DNA of 64,000 bases from Deltaproteobacteria bacterium (GCA_023954745.1 JAGSHC010000005.1:4550-68549), one strand, 5' to 3'. Counted from the first letter of the stretch, positions 1 through 10,812 are shown. Notes: generated by a model not told the origin, from the letters alone. A program made the numbers and translations.

Positions 1-642
1 CGCACGATCCCGGTGCTGAACGAGGCGGTCGCGACCATCGAGGCCGGGGAGGTCGTGGCGGTCGTCGGCAAGTCCGGCTCGGGCAAGAGCACCCTGCTCC
101 AGCTCCTCGGGTTGCTCGACCAACCCACCGGGGGTCGCATCCTCTACGACGGGCGCGACCTTCGCTCCCAGCGGCCTGATGTGATAGAGGACTTCCGCAA
201 CCGGTACGTGGGTTTCGTGTTTCAGTTCCACCACCTGCTGCCGGAGTTCACTGCCACGGAGAATGTGATGATGCCCGCGCTGATTGCGGGCTGGTCGATG
301 GGGGACGCCCGCACGAGGGCCATCTCCCTGTTGGAGCGGGTCGGACTGGGTCCGCGCCTCGACCACGCGCCGGGCGAGTTGTCCGGCGGGGAGCAGCAGC
401 GGGTCGCGCTCGCGCGCGCGTTGTCTCTATCCCCATCCCTCGTCCTCGCTGACGAACCGACCGGAAACCTCGACCCACGAACCGCAAGCGACATCCACGA
501 GCTCCTCATCGAGCTCAACCAGGAGATCGGGACCACGCTGCTCGTCGCCACCCACAACATGGCCCTCGCCCGCATGCTGCCGCGCACGTTGACGCTGCAG
601 GACGGTGGGCTCGTGCCGTGGACCGAGGAGGAAGGAGCATGA
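1..642 (+). CDS. ABC transporter ATP-binding protein, LolD/FtsE-like; 5'-truncated by the window edge
   Basis: Walker [13 protein letters not shown] signature LSGGEQQRV, Walker [13 protein letters not shown] and H-loop ATHN are present. The reading frame is open back to position 1. The stop TGA overlaps the bamA ATG. Confidence 0.8.
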   Translation, partial: RTIPVLNEAVATIEAGEVVAVVGKSGSGKSTLLQLLGLLDQPTGGRILYDGRDLRSQRPDVIEDFRNRYVGFVFQFHHLLPEFTATENVMMPALIAGWSMGDARTRAISLLERVGLGPRLDHAPGELSGGEQQRVALARALSLSPSLVLADEPTGNLDPRTASDIHELLIELNQEIGTTLLVATHNMALARMLPRTLTLQDGGLVPWTEEEGA

Positions 643-3041
643 GCCGGCTTCTCGTCGTGTGCGCCCTGATGCTCGCGGTGCTCTCGCCGTCGCTGGCCTC
701 GGCCTGGGACTGGGAGGACCGCATCGGTGAGATTCGGGTCGGAGGCAACGAGAAGGTCGAGTCCGAGGCGATCCTCGAGATCATCCGGCTCCGCACGGGC
801 GACATCCTGCGCAAGGAGGCCATCGCCCAGTCCATCCGCGACACCTATCGCCTGAGGTACTTCAAAGACGTGCGCGTGGAGGTAGAGGACGGAGTCGACG
901 GCCCCATCGTCCTCATCGTCGTTGCTGAGAAGCCGTCCATCCGTGACGTCGTCATCAACGGCAACAAGAAGGTCACCACCGAAGACATCAAGGAGGTCAT
1001 GAACCTCCGACCGTTCTCGATTCTCTCCGAGGCCAAGGTGCGCAGCAATGCGCGGAAGGTGGAGGACCTGTATCTCGAGAAGGGCTTCTTCCTCGCCGAG
1101 GTCGACACGACCATCACCGACGAGGGCAGCAACGAGGTCACGATCACCTTCGACATTGCCGAGAACAAGAAGGTTCTCGTCAAGGAGGTCAACCTCGTCG
1201 GCTGCGAGAACGTCAAGGCGTCGTACATCAAGGCGCGTCTCCAGACGAAGCCAGCTGGGATTCTCCCCGGGCTGGGCCAGGGCGGCACCTACCGCCGCGA
1301 CACGCTGGACACCGACACCGAGATCATCCAGTACCTGTATTCCTCCTTCGGCTACGTCGATGCGCAGGTGAGCAAGCCCGAGGTCTTCCTCAGCCCCGAC
1401 AAGCGTTGGGTCTACGTCACGATGCACGTCGAAGAGGGAGAGAAGTACCGGGTCGGCACCGTCGACATCGAAGGGGACATGATCTTCCCCAAGGAGGACC
1501 TTCAGAAGCTCCTCCGGACGAAGACCGGTGAGGTCTACAACCGAGTGCAAGTCGCCGAGGACGTCCAGCGGGTCGTCGACAAGTACAGCGCCGAGGGCTT
1601 CGCCTTCGCCAACGTCATCCCGCTCCCTCGGCAGGACCGCGAGCGCAAGGTCATCGACCTGGTGTTCGATGTCGCCAAGGGCAACGAGATTCACCTCGAA
1701 GACGTCGTGATCACCGGCAACCTGTCCACCTGGGACAAGGTCATTCGCCGCGAGGTGCCGATGGTCGAGGGGCAGCTGTTCCGCGGCAATGACATCGAGC
1801 GCACTCGTCGCCGCCTGGAGCGCCTCGGCTACTTCGAAGAGGTGAAGATCACCACCCCCCGAGGGAGCGACCCGGACACCCTCGATCTCGCCATCGACGT
1901 GACCGAGAAGCCCACCGGGACCTTCTCGCTGGGCGCTGGGTTCAGCACCACCGAGTCGTTCGTGTTCACGGCCAACATCAGCCGGGCCAACTTCCTGGGC
2001 CTCGGCTACACGATGAGCCTGAACGCCAACCTCAGCCTGGGGCGCAACCTGGTCGAGCGCGGGTTCTTCAACGGCGAGAACAGCCAGCAGCAGATCAGCT
2101 TCTCGATCTTCGACCCGTACTTCCTCGACACCCGTTGGACTGCGTCACTGTCGATCTTCTCGGTGAACCGCACCTATCAGGTCAGCGAGTTCAGCCGGGG
2201 GCTCAACGTGAGCTTCGGTCACTACATCGGCAAGAACGACGATGCCCAGGCGTCGCTCCGCTACTCGCTCGAAACGGTGGGTCTGACGTCGTTGCGGGAG
2301 ACGCAGAAGCGCCAGTACGGCGGGCAGCTCTATCGGTCAGGCACCAAGAGCTCGCTCACCGCGTCCCTCATCTGGGACAAGCGCGACAACCGGATCACGC
2401 CCACGAAGGGCTTTTACCTGACCGGCTCTGCGGAACTCGCCGGTGGGTTCGGGACGAGGGCGAACGAAGAGACGGGGGAGGCCGCGAAGGTGGTCAACCT
2501 CCTCGGCGGCGACTTCCGGTTCCTGCGACTGCAGGCGAACTGGCGCTTCTTCTACCCACTGGGCACGCCCTTGCTGGTGTTCCGCTGGAACCTCTCCGTG
2601 GGCTACGTGAAGTCGCTCGACGGCACCCTGGTGCCCTTCACGGAGCGGTACCGCTCCGGTGGCATCAACTCGATTCGCGGCTTCCAGCCGCTGTCCCTCG
2701 GTCCGCAGGTCCGGTACCTGGTGAACAGCGACCCGGTGCACAGCAGCCGGTCGATCCCCATCGGCGGCACCGCCAGCCTGGTGAACAACCTCGAGATCGA
2801 GTTCCCAATCATTCCGCCGGCCCAGGTGCGCGGCGTCGTGTTCTTCGACAGCGGGAACGCGTTCGGTGGCCTCTACGGCACCGAGCCCTTCAACCCCGCC
2901 AATATTCGCCTGTCCGCCGGGTTCGGAGTCCGGTGGCGTTCGCCCATGGGTCCACTGCGTTTCGAGTGGGGCTTCCCCATCAATCGCAAGCCCGGGGAGC
3001 AAGGCCAGGTCTTCGAGTTCACCATTGGATCGTTCTTCTAG
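639..3041 (+). CDS. bamA: Outer membrane protein assembly factor BamA (Omp85)
   Basis: Signal peptide [22 protein letters not shown], then POTRA-like repeats and a C-terminal beta-barrel ending ...FTIGSFF. It is followed by skp as in the conserved bamA-skp cluster. I chose the ATG at 639, which overlaps the upstream stop. Confidence 0.9.
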   Translation: MSRLLVVCALMLAVLSPSLASAWDWEDRIGEIRVGGNEKVESEAILEIIRLRTGDILRKEAIAQSIRDTYRLRYFKDVRVEVEDGVDGPIVLIVVAEKPSIRDVVINGNKKVTTEDIKEVMNLRPFSILSEAKVRSNARKVEDLYLEKGFFLAEVDTTITDEGSNEVTITFDIAENKKVLVKEVNLVGCENVKASYIKARLQTKPAGILPGLGQGGTYRRDTLDTDTEIIQYLYSSFGYVDAQVSKPEVFLSPDKRWVYVTMHVEEGEKYRVGTVDIEGDMIFPKEDLQKLLRTKTGEVYNRVQVAEDVQRVVDKYSAEGFAFANVIPLPRQDRERKVIDLVFDVAKGNEIHLEDVVITGNLSTWDKVIRREVPMVEGQLFRGNDIERTRRRLERLGYFEEVKITTPRGSDPDTLDLAIDVTEKPTGTFSLGAGFSTTESFVFTANISRANFLGLGYTMSLNANLSLGRNLVERGFFNGENSQQQISFSIFDPYFLDTRWTASLSIFSVNRTYQVSEFSRGLNVSFGHYIGKNDDAQASLRYSLETVGLTSLRETQKRQYGGQLYRSGTKSSLTASLIWDKRDNRITPTKGFYLTGSAELAGGFGTRANEETGEAAKVVNLLGGDFRFLRLQANWRFFYPLGTPLLVFRWNLSVGYVKSLDGTLVPFTERYRSGGINSIRGFQPLSLGPQVRYLVNSDPVHSSRSIPIGGTASLVNNLEIEFPIIPPAQVRGVVFFDSGNAFGGLYGTEPFNPANIRLSAGFGVRWRSPMGPLRFEWGFPINRKPGEQGQVFEFTIGSFF

Positions 3042-3140
3042 GGCTGCCTAGAGAACCTCGCCGCGCGGGACCCGCGCGCCCGGCCGATCCGGTCGGTACC
3101 AGGGGGGCGGCCCTTTGCACCCGCCCCAAGGAGAGAGCCC

Positions 3141-3650
3141 ATGCGCCGTACGTTGCTTCTGATCACGCTGACCCTGTCCCTCCTCGCGCTGCCCTCCATG
3201 GCGAGCGCCCAGACGATGAAGCTCGGCGTCGTCGACTTCCAGGCTGCCCTCAACGATGTCGAAGAGGGCAAGAAGGCCCGCAAGGTCCTCGAGACCCGCT
3301 TCGAAGAGAAGCGCATGGGGCTCGAAGCTCGACGGACCGAGCTGGAGACGATGCGGGAGAACCTCGAGGCCCAGAAGGCCCTGCTCAGCGAAGACGCGCT
3401 GCGCGGCAAGGAGGCTGAGTTCAACACCCTCGCGGTGGAGTTCCAGCAGGATATGGTCGAGGCCCAGCAGGAGATGGCGCTGATGGAGCAGGAGCTCACC
3501 GGCGGCATCCTCGAGAAGCTGCTCAACGTGGCTCAGGCCATCGGCAAGGAGCAGGGCTACACGCTCATCGTCGAGGCGCAGGCCGTGGTCTTCGCCGACG
3601 ACAGCCTGGACATCACGAGCCAGGTCATCGCGCGCTTCAACACGAAGTAG
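3141..3650 (+). CDS. skp: Periplasmic chaperone Skp/OmpH
   Basis: 169 aa. Signal peptide ...LPSMASAQ, a coiled-coil-rich E/K/Q sequence of the OmpH family, and a position immediately 3' of bamA. Confidence 0.8.
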   Translation: MRRTLLLITLTLSLLALPSMASAQTMKLGVVDFQAALNDVEEGKKARKVLETRFEEKRMGLEARRTELETMRENLEAQKALLSEDALRGKEAEFNTLAVEFQQDMVEAQQEMALMEQELTGGILEKLLNVAQAIGKEQGYTLIVEAQAVVFADDSLDITSQVIARFNTK

Positions 3651-3674
3651 CCACCGACTCGCTCGGAGGGGCAC

Positions 3675-4145
3675 GTGACCGAACACTCGACTCCCGCAGT
3701 GGATCCCCGAGGGGTCCTCGCACTGCTACCGCACCGGTATCCCTTCCTGCTCGTCGACCGCGTCGAGACCTGGGAGAAGGACGCCAAGATCGTCGCCACG
3801 AAGAACGTCACCTGGAACGAGCCCTACTTCACGGGCCACTTCCCCGGTGACCCCGTGATGCCGGGCGTCCTTCAGGTCGAGGCCCTCGCCCAGGCGGCGG
3901 CCCTGCTCGGCATGCTGAGCAAGCCGGAGCTGACCGAGAAGGGTGGCGGCGTGCTGCTGATGGGCCTCGACAAGGTGCGCTTTCGGCGCAAGGTCGTACC
4001 GGGCGACGTGCTCACCCTCACCGTCGAGGTGACTCGTCAGCGTGGCGACATCTGGCGGGTCAAGGGCGCAGCGACCGTGAGCGGCGAGCGGGCGGCCGAG
4101 GCCGACATCATGGCGACGTTCGTCGGTCCCGAAGCGATCGGCTGA
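3675..4145 (+). CDS. fabZ: 3-hydroxyacyl-ACP dehydratase FabZ
   Basis: Hot-dog fold motifs LLPHRYPFLLVDRV and HFPGDPVMPGVL; 156 aa. Confidence 0.9.
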   Translation: MTEHSTPAVDPRGVLALLPHRYPFLLVDRVETWEKDAKIVATKNVTWNEPYFTGHFPGDPVMPGVLQVEALAQAAALLGMLSKPELTEKGGGVLLMGLDKVRFRRKVVPGDVLTLTVEVTRQRGDIWRVKGAATVSGERAAEADIMATFVGPEAIG

Positions 4146-4151
4146 GCCCCC

Positions 4152-5234
4152 GTGAGCACGCTGTTGCTCAGCGCCGGCGAGCGCAGTGGCGACCTGCTCG
4201 GCGGGGCCGTGCTCCGCTCGCTCCTTCAGCTCCAGCCTGACCTCAGCGTCACCGGCGTCGCTGGGCCGGCGATGCGGGCGGCTGGTCGCGACAGGCTGCA
4301 ACCCTTCGCCGACATCGATCAACTCTCAGGGGCTGGGCTCGTCGAGTTGGTCCCACGCCTTCCTTCCATCCTGGGGGTGCGGACGCTTCTGCGCGAGGCC
4401 ATCGAGCTTGGGCAGCCTCGGGCGGCGGTCCTCATCGACGCTCCCGATCTGCACCTCCCTCTGCTTGCGCGGGCGCGGCAGGCGGGCGTCCGAGCCATTC
4501 AGCTGGTGGCACCGCAGTTCTGGGCATGGAGGCCGGGGCGGGCTCGACGTCTCGCCGAGGGAGCCGACTGCGTTCTGTGCCTCTTCCGCTTCGAAACCCA
4601 GCGCCTCGAAGAGGTGGGGGCACGCGCCGTCTGGGTGGGACACCCCGTGGTCGAGCGGGCGGCTGATGCCCGCGCGGGGCGCAGGCAGGGGCGACGGCGC
4701 CTGGTGCTCTTGCCGGGGTCCCGGGCCCACGAACAGGCGCGACACGCCGAGGCGTTCGTCGAGGCGGCAAAGGAAGCGACCCGAGGACTGGACGTGCAAG
4801 TCGTGCTCTCATGGCCCTCGAAGCGTCCGTCTCCACCCGGGGTCGAGACGAGTGACGAAGAAGGAATCGCCCTGCTCGCCGGAGCAGACGCTGCCCTCGT
4901 CGCACCCGGTACCGCCACCCTGGAGGCCGCGATGGTGGATTGCCCGACGGTCGTTGCCGGTGCCCTGCATCCGGCGAGTGCCTTCGTCGCCCGCCGGCTC
5001 CTGCAGGTGGACCATGTGGCGCTGCCCAATCTCTTGCTCGGCACGCGTCGGGTGCCCGAAGTCCTCCAGGACCTCAGCGCACATCGCCTCGCTCCCGTGT
5101 TGAGGCGTGCCTTGGACCCGGAGGCGAGGCTCCAAGCCCGCGGGCTCCGAGAGGAACTGGCTGAGGTTCTCGGCCCCCCGGGGTTCGGCGATCGAGCGGC
5201 GCGGGCGATTCTCGAGAACTTGGAGATGGCGTGA
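4152..5234 (+). CDS. lpxB: Lipid-A-disaccharide synthase LpxB
   Basis: N-terminal SAGERSGDLLGGAVL motif of the GT19 LpxB family; ~360 aa; position after fabZ. Confidence 0.85.
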   Translation: MSTLLLSAGERSGDLLGGAVLRSLLQLQPDLSVTGVAGPAMRAAGRDRLQPFADIDQLSGAGLVELVPRLPSILGVRTLLREAIELGQPRAAVLIDAPDLHLPLLARARQAGVRAIQLVAPQFWAWRPGRARRLAEGADCVLCLFRFETQRLEEVGARAVWVGHPVVERAADARAGRRQGRRRLVLLPGSRAHEQARHAEAFVEAAKEATRGLDVQVVLSWPSKRPSPPGVETSDEEGIALLAGADAALVAPGTATLEAAMVDCPTVVAGALHPASAFVARRLLQVDHVALPNLLLGTRRVPEVLQDLSAHRLAPVLRRALDPEARLQARGLREELAEVLGPPGFGDRAARAILENLEMA

Positions 5235-6898
5235 CGTCCTGGCGGCGCACGGCGGCCCTGGTCCGTCCCTACGCGGGGCCGCTGGTGGCGGCGTCGGTCC
5301 TCGCCGCGGTCGTGGCTGGCTGCCGCGGGCTGCTCGTGTGGCTCGTGCGGGACGTGCTCAACGGACTCCTCGTGGACTCGGATGCTCGGCTCGCGCTGCT
5401 GATCCCGCTGGGCATCGTGCTGCTCTTCGCAGTGCAGGGGGCCGCCCGCGCCGGTCGTACCTGGCTCACCCGGCGCTCAGCGATTCAGGCCGAGGCTGCA
5501 CTGCGCCAGAGGCTCTTTGAGCACCTCCTAGGTCGTTCACCGGCGCGCCTCTCCGAAGACGGCGTCGGGGACCGCCTGAGTCGCTTGAGCCACGACGCGG
5601 GCAAGGTGCGCACGGCGATGGGCGCCGCGGTGACTGTGGTTCAGCGTCCACTGTCCGCGTTGGCGTTGCTGGCGGCGGCGGCGGTGATGGCGCCTTCGCT
5701 CTTCGTCTGGAGCCTGGTCGCCCTCCCGGCGGTCGCCGGGGTCATCGCGTGGAGCGGCCGGCGCACACGTAGCTCTTCGCTGGCTCACGCACGCTCTCTT
5801 GGGCGCCTCGAGACCCTCGCGCGGGACGCCTTGCGCGGCTTGCGGAGCATCCAGGCCCACAGCGCAGAGGACGCGGTGGCTCGGCAATTCGCGACCGACA
5901 ACGAGCAGCAGGTCCGCTCCGCGCTGCGCACCACCGGCTACCGCGTCGTAGGGCCGCCTCTCGTCGAGCTCTCCGGGGCCGTCGGCGTGGCAGCGGTCAT
6001 CGGGCTCGGCTCGGTTCAGGTCGCCCGTGGCGAACTGACGCCGGGAGCCCTCGTCGCGTTCCTGGTGGCTCTGGGGATGCTGAACGAACCGCTGAAGGGC
6101 TTCGCAGTGGCCCACGGACTCTGGTCGGACGCGCGAGGGGCGCTGGAGCGCGTGTTCGCGGAACTCGACACCTCCGATGCCCCCGTCGAGGGCGGCGTGC
6201 AGTTCGACTCCGACCGGGTGTGTCTGACCCTCGAGGCCATCTCGGTGGACCGCGGCAGGGGACCGGTGCTCGCAGGCGTCGATCTGGCCCTGGTCCCGGG
6301 AGAGATCGTGGTTCTCCACGGCGCCAACGGGGCGGGCAAGAGCACGCTCCTCGATGTGATCGCTGGGTTCTGCCCAGCGGATGGCGTCGTCCGTTGGAAT
6401 GGTGTGCCCGCGTCGGGGCTGAGCTTGCGCAGTCGCCGGAGTCACCTCGCCCTGGTGGACCAGCACACCTGGCTCGGGGTGGGGACGCTCCTCGACGCAG
6501 TACTGCTGGGGCGTCCCAGCGCGTCGCGAGAAGAGGCCCTCTCGGCTCTCCACGCGGTCGGCTTCGCCCCAGGAGAAGGACTGCTCGGTGAGCTTCCACA
6601 CGGGGTGGACACCCCGGTGGGGGACGCAGGCGCCGCTCTGTCAGGAGGAGAGCGGCAGCGCATCGCCCTCGCACGGGCACTCCTCCGAGATGCGCCCGTG
6701 CTGCTCCTGGACGAGCCCACCGCGCACCTCGACCCCGAGCATGGGGTCGACCTCCTCGACGTCCTTCGTCAGCTCGCGCCGGGGCGCACGGTGCTCATTG
6801 TCAGTCACTCCGAGCAACCGGATCTCATCGCAGATCGGGTCTTCGCGTTGCGGGACGGACGCGTCCGAGAGAGCTCTCGGCGGGCGGCGGCTTCGTGA
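5231..6898 (+). CDS. msbA: ABC exporter, fused permease-ATPase, MsbA-like lipid A flippase candidate
   Basis: N-terminal ~6 TM helices, then a C-terminal NBD ([38 protein letters not shown]). It has a GTGA start/stop overlap with lpxB and sits upstream of lpxK as in msbA-lpxK operons. Confidence 0.65.
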   Translation: MTSWRRTAALVRPYAGPLVAASVLAAVVAGCRGLLVWLVRDVLNGLLVDSDARLALLIPLGIVLLFAVQGAARAGRTWLTRRSAIQAEAALRQRLFEHLLGRSPARLSEDGVGDRLSRLSHDAGKVRTAMGAAVTVVQRPLSALALLAAAAVMAPSLFVWSLVALPAVAGVIAWSGRRTRSSSLAHARSLGRLETLARDALRGLRSIQAHSAEDAVARQFATDNEQQVRSALRTTGYRVVGPPLVELSGAVGVAAVIGLGSVQVARGELTPGALVAFLVALGMLNEPLKGFAVAHGLWSDARGALERVFAELDTSDAPVEGGVQFDSDRVCLTLEAISVDRGRGPVLAGVDLALVPGEIVVLHGANGAGKSTLLDVIAGFCPADGVVRWNGVPASGLSLRSRRSHLALVDQHTWLGVGTLLDAVLLGRPSASREEALSALHAVGFAPGEGLLGELPHGVDTPVGDAGAALSGGERQRIALARALLRDAPVLLLDEPTAHLDPEHGVDLLDVLRQLAPGRTVLIVSHSEQPDLIADRVFALRDGRVRESSRRAAAS

Positions 6899-7521
6899 AC
6901 CGCCGGCGAATCGGACGAGGACTGCTGCTGTTGATCGCACCGTGGCTCGCCTCGCTCCGCATGAAGGTGGTCGGCCGCCGGCGGGTCGAGGAGCTGAGAG
7001 CCCATGGGGCGCCCTACCTCTACGCTCTGTGGCACTCGGACCAGTTGTTGGTCCTCCCGACCCACCGTCGAGACGACTGCACGGTGCTCGTCTCCCAGAG
7101 CGAAGACGGCGCGTTGCTCACGGGGGCCCTCGAAGGCTTGGGATACGAGGTCGTGCGCGGGTCGAGCTCCCGGGGCGGTGTGGCAGGCTGGCTGGGTCTT
7201 CGCCGGGCCATGAAGCGGGGGCGCACCCCGACGTTCGCCGTGGACGGGCCCCGGGGTCCTGCGCGTTCTGTCGCGGCGGGGGTCTTGGCATTGGCGCGGG
7301 CATCGGGCGCTCCCATCGTTCCGATCACGGCGTCGGCCCGGCGCGAGACCCGCACCCGAGGATGGGACCGGACCCGCGTGCCGTGGCCCGGGTCACGGGC
7401 GGTGGTGGTCTACGGCCGGCCGATCCGAGTCGCTCGGGAGGAAGAACTCTCGGACGCGGCGGCCCGCCTCGAAGCCTCTCTCCGCCATGCGAGCGACCGC
7501 GCCGAGAGACTCACGCGGTGA
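6895..7521 (+). CDS. DUF374 / lysophospholipid-acyltransferase-like protein
   Basis: ~208 aa with the YALWHSDQL motif typical of DUF374 proteins that usually accompany kdtA/lpxK. Its GTG start overlaps the upstream stop. Confidence 0.55.
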   Translation: MNRRRIGRGLLLLIAPWLASLRMKVVGRRRVEELRAHGAPYLYALWHSDQLLVLPTHRRDDCTVLVSQSEDGALLTGALEGLGYEVVRGSSSRGGVAGWLGLRRAMKRGRTPTFAVDGPRGPARSVAAGVLALARASGAPIVPITASARRETRTRGWDRTRVPWPGSRAVVVYGRPIRVAREEELSDAAARLEASLRHASDRAERLTR

Positions 7522-8462
7522 GTCGGTGGGCTCACGCGGCGACGGCGCCCCTCCGGCTGGTCACGCGCTTGCGTCGGGCCCGCGAAGAATCCTGGCCGGG
7601 ACTCCCGAGACCGTCGGTGTGTGTCGGAAACATCGCCCTGGGGGGGAGGGCGAAGACGCCGCTCACGGCCGGCCTCGTGGCTGCCTTGAAGGAGCGGGGC
7701 TTCAGGCCGGGGATCCTCGCCCGGGGCTACCCCCGCGTGAGTCGGTCGAGTCAGCCCGTCGTGATCACGCGTGAGGGTCCCGTCGAGCCACCTTGGCTCC
7801 AACAGCTGGTCGTGGGCGGTTCACAGAGCACCGCTCACGCTGCGGCAGGCGTCCTGGGGGAAGAGGCGCCGTGGCTGGCAGCCGTCGCCGGCGCACCCGT
7901 CGCCGTCCATCCGGTGAGGACTCACGCGGCTCACGCGCTCATCGGGAGTCACCCGCATGTCGACGTGCTCGTTCTGGACGACGGGTATCAGTCCGCGGTG
8001 CGGTGTGATGTGGACGTGGTGGTAGTGGATCCGGAGGTGGATCTGCGAGGGAGAGGGGCTCTGCGTGAGTCGCCAGACCTGCCCGACGGGTGCCTGATCG
8101 TCTCCCTTCGGGGCTCGCTGGTGAAGAAGCCGGGTGGGCTGCGAGACCTCCGCACAGGTGTCCCGATGGCTCGCCCGACCCACCCCCTTACGCTGTGCGC
8201 GGCCGTCGGCGACCCCATGTCGGTGGAGCGCACCGCGCTCGATGCTGGGGTCACGCTCGCTGGGTCGCTCCGGCTGCGCGACCACCACGGACCCTCCGCG
8301 AGACGTCTGCGCGACGTCTCGGGTCCGATCCTCGTCACCGAGAAGGACGCTGTCGGCTGGGCCTTCGCGTCGGGTCGCGACGGCGTGGTGCTCGGGCTCG
8401 AGCTCGAAGGCGTCGAGGCGATCGCCGGGGCCGTGGCACGACAGCTTGAGGCTGGCTCGTGA
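7518..8462 (+). CDS. lpxK: Tetraacyldisaccharide 4'-kinase LpxK
   Basis: P-loop-like VCVGNIALGGRAKTP, comparable to LpxK VGNLTVGGTGKTP. I chose an internal GTG start at 7518 overlapping the upstream TGA. The longer upstream ORF in this frame overlaps the DUF374 gene and was rejected. Confidence 0.75.
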   Translation: MSRWAHAATAPLRLVTRLRRAREESWPGLPRPSVCVGNIALGGRAKTPLTAGLVAALKERGFRPGILARGYPRVSRSSQPVVITREGPVEPPWLQQLVVGGSQSTAHAAAGVLGEEAPWLAAVAGAPVAVHPVRTHAAHALIGSHPHVDVLVLDDGYQSAVRCDVDVVVVDPEVDLRGRGALRESPDLPDGCLIVSLRGSLVKKPGGLRDLRTGVPMARPTHPLTLCAAVGDPMSVERTALDAGVTLAGSLRLRDHHGPSARRLRDVSGPILVTEKDAVGWAFASGRDGVVLGLELEGVEAIAGAVARQLEAGS

Positions 8463-9469
8463 GGCGCGTCCTGCATGTGGACCTGTCCCCCCGCTACCGA
8501 GGGGGACAGCGACAGCTCAGGCTCCTCGCCGTCGCTCAGCAACAGCAGGGGACCGATGCGCCGACCGTGGTGACGGCCTCGGAGCTCCTGCGAGAGCAGC
8601 TCCGGTCCGAGGGGGTCCCCGCCATTCGAGTCAGCGCTAACCCGGTGCTCGCGCTCCCGAGGATCCGGAGGCTCGTCGCCCAGTCCGAGATCCTCCATGC
8701 CCATGAAGCGCGCGCCCACGGGCTCTTGCGGGCTGCCCGGGGGAAGGGGTTGGTGGTGCACCGTCGCATCGACGACCCGCCATCCCCGCGCAGGACCACC
8801 CGCTGGAAGTACGCGGCCGGAACCGTGCTCTGCGTCTCTGAAGCGGTCCGGTCCGCCATGCGAACGTTTGGGGTGCCAGAGGAGCGGCTCCGTGTCGTCT
8901 ACAGCGCCGCGCCCTCCTCGGAGTCCCTGGAGCACGTCGCAGAGGCTGGCCCGCTGCGGGTGCTGGCCCTCGGCGCCCTCGTCGAGCACAAGGGCCACCT
9001 CGATCTCGTGCAGGCGGTGCGCCACCTCGACGTGCCCGTGGTCGTGGATGTCGTCGGGGGGGGGCCTCTCCGTCGCTCCCTGGAGCAGGACGCGCGCCCG
9101 CTGCCGATTCGGTTTCTAGGAGACCCTCGAGGGGTCATGCCCAGGTTCGAGACCTACGACCTTCTGGTCCACCCCTCGCGCACCGAAGGCCTCGGGACCG
9201 CCACCTTGGATGCCCAGGTGGCGGGCCTCCCCGTACTCGCGACGACAGCCGGGGGCCTGCCTGAGGCCGTGGCCCCCTCCGGGTGGCTCGTTGCGCCGCA
9301 GAGTCCAAGGGCGCTGGCCGCCCAACTCGCGGCGATTGCCGCCCTGCCCCGACAGGAACTCCGGGCGCGGGGCGCTGCTGCGCGGCAGTGGGCGTCGCGC
9401 CGATTCTCGGTGGCGCGGATGCGGGACGAGGTAGCCGCCGTCTATGCGGATGTAGACTCGCTGAAGTGA
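8459..9469 (+). CDS. Glycosyltransferase family 4 (likely LPS core or lipid glycosylation)
   Basis: GT4 C-terminal motif HPSRTEGLGTATLDAQVAGLPVLAT with E-x7-E. The GTG start overlaps the lpxK stop (GTGA). Confidence 0.7.
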   Translation: MRRVLHVDLSPRYRGGQRQLRLLAVAQQQQGTDAPTVVTASELLREQLRSEGVPAIRVSANPVLALPRIRRLVAQSEILHAHEARAHGLLRAARGKGLVVHRRIDDPPSPRRTTRWKYAAGTVLCVSEAVRSAMRTFGVPEERLRVVYSAAPSSESLEHVAEAGPLRVLALGALVEHKGHLDLVQAVRHLDVPVVVDVVGGGPLRRSLEQDARPLPIRFLGDPRGVMPRFETYDLLVHPSRTEGLGTATLDAQVAGLPVLATTAGGLPEAVAPSGWLVAPQSPRALAAQLAAIAALPRQELRARGAAARQWASRRFSVARMRDEVAAVYADVDSLK

Positions 9470-10710
9470 CCGAATACAAGACCGACTGTCGTCTCTTTAC
9501 CGGCTTCTCCCCCTGTCAGTTCCGCCGCTCGTGTGCGGACTGTCCGCACTACGCCCCGGTGGGAGAGCGGGTCCTCCTGATTCAGCTCGACGCCCTGGGG
9601 GACGTCCTGCGGATGACCGCGCTGCTGCCCGCGATCCGTCGTGCCTACCGTGATGCCCACATCACGTGGCTCACGCGTGGCGAGTCGGCTCCCCTCCTCG
9701 CCAACAATCCGCTGGTCGATCGGGTCTTGCTCCTTGGGGACGCGACAGTGGCGACCCTGGAGGCCCTCAGCTTCGACCGCGTGCTCTGTCCCGAGAAGAG
9801 CGTTCCGGCGTGCGCGCTTCTCGATGTGGCCCGCGCGCCAGTGAAGAAGGGGTTCGGCCTCGACGCGGGGGGAGCCATCGTGCCCCTCGACGAGGACGCC
9901 GAGCCCCTCTACCGACTCGGACTGGACAACCACGCGAAGTTCTTCGAGAACGAGAGCTCCGCCCAGGAACTCGCGGCGCGCGCCGTGGGGCTGCCCTGGC
10001 ACGGGGAGCGCTACGTGGTCGTGCTCGACGACGAGGAGCGCGCGGTCGCTCGCGCCGACCGGGAGGCTGCCCGGGTGCGTGACGACGAGGTGCTCATCGG
10101 TTGGAACAACGGCTGTGGGCCCCGCTACCCCTACAAGCGGCTGCTCGTCGACGACCAGGTGATGCTCATGAAGGCGACCTGGGAGCGCCTCACGGCGAAG
10201 GAGCGCACCGGCTTCGCGCTGCTAGGTGGTGGCACGGGGGACGGAGAGCGCAACCGGGAAGTGGCGCGCCGGCTCGCTCACGAAGGCATCGCCGTCACGG
10301 AGACGCCGACGACTGCGGGCCTACGCCGGGGGCTCGCTTCGGTGGCGGGGTGCGACATGGTCTTCTCTGGCGACACTCTCGGGCTGCACATGGCGATCGG
10401 GCTGCGCAAGCCGGTGGTCGCCTGGTTTGGGATCACCTGCCACCAGGAGATCGAGGTCTTCGGGCGCGGCGTGAAGGTTCTCGCGGACGTCCCCTGCCGC
10501 CCCTGCTGGCTCCAGTCGTGCGATCTGGAGACGAAGTGCTATCGCTCGCTTCCCTGGGATGACGTGGCCAGCGCAGTCGCCGAGATGGCCGGCGGGCTGC
10601 TTCGGGACGGGTCCTGGGAAGGGGAGTTGCTCATTGGGGAGCTGCTTCGCGAGGACCGGGTGCCGCCTCCACTGGGGAACTCTCCGGGGCCCATCCTCCA
10701 CGTCCTCTAG
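9466..10710 (+). CDS. Glycosyltransferase family 9 (ADP-heptose:LPS heptosyltransferase-like) with a Cys4 N-terminal extension
   Basis: GT9 N-terminal motif VLLIQLDALGDVLRMTALLPAIRRAYRDAHITWL and a C-terminal GDTLGLHMAIGLRKPVVAWFG. The GTG start at 9466 overlaps the upstream TGA. A ~35-aa leader carries C-x8-C-x6-C-x2-C. Confidence 0.7.
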   Translation: MTEYKTDCRLFTGFSPCQFRRSCADCPHYAPVGERVLLIQLDALGDVLRMTALLPAIRRAYRDAHITWLTRGESAPLLANNPLVDRVLLLGDATVATLEALSFDRVLCPEKSVPACALLDVARAPVKKGFGLDAGGAIVPLDEDAEPLYRLGLDNHAKFFENESSAQELAARAVGLPWHGERYVVVLDDEERAVARADREAARVRDDEVLIGWNNGCGPRYPYKRLLVDDQVMLMKATWERLTAKERTGFALLGGGTGDGERNREVARRLAHEGIAVTETPTTAGLRRGLASVAGCDMVFSGDTLGLHMAIGLRKPVVAWFGITCHQEIEVFGRGVKVLADVPCRPCWLQSCDLETKCYRSLPWDDVASAVAEMAGGLLRDGSWEGELLIGELLREDRVPPPLGNSPGPILHVL

Positions 10711-10812
10711 CGGCCCGCTCGGCCGTCTTTTTCCTCCTTCTCTCGAATGCCCACGGGAGCCGCTCCGTCCTAGGGACAGATGCGGCGATGTGCCGCTGAT
10801 TGGAGAGAAGCA

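Noticed and set aside
222-1694. A 490-aa minus-strand ORF antisense to the LolD-like and bamA genes, and many similar long ORFs (for example 2135-3418 +, 17471-19309 +, 19403-20728 +, 27756-29900 +, 36728-38902 +, 46782-48167 +, 52922-54580 +, 59423-60934 +)
   Set aside because: They are typical high-GC shadow ORFs. Their translations are Arg/Gly/Pro-rich junk with no motifs, and each lies fully inside a gene on the other strand or frame that has clear family signatures.
3063-3077. A GC-rich inverted repeat (GCGCGGG a CCCGCGC) just after the bamA stop, as a terminator
   Set aside because: The stem has an essentially zero-length loop and no T-tract, and skp immediately follows and is probably co-transcribed. 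It is too weak to call.
6588-7517. A long 5' extension of the lpxK reading frame (the track shows a 624-aa ORF starting at 6588)
   Set aside because: The extension overlaps the MsbA-like and DUF374 genes in another frame and translates to low-complexity sequence. An internal GTG at 7518 overlapping the upstream TGA gives a canonical-length LpxK.
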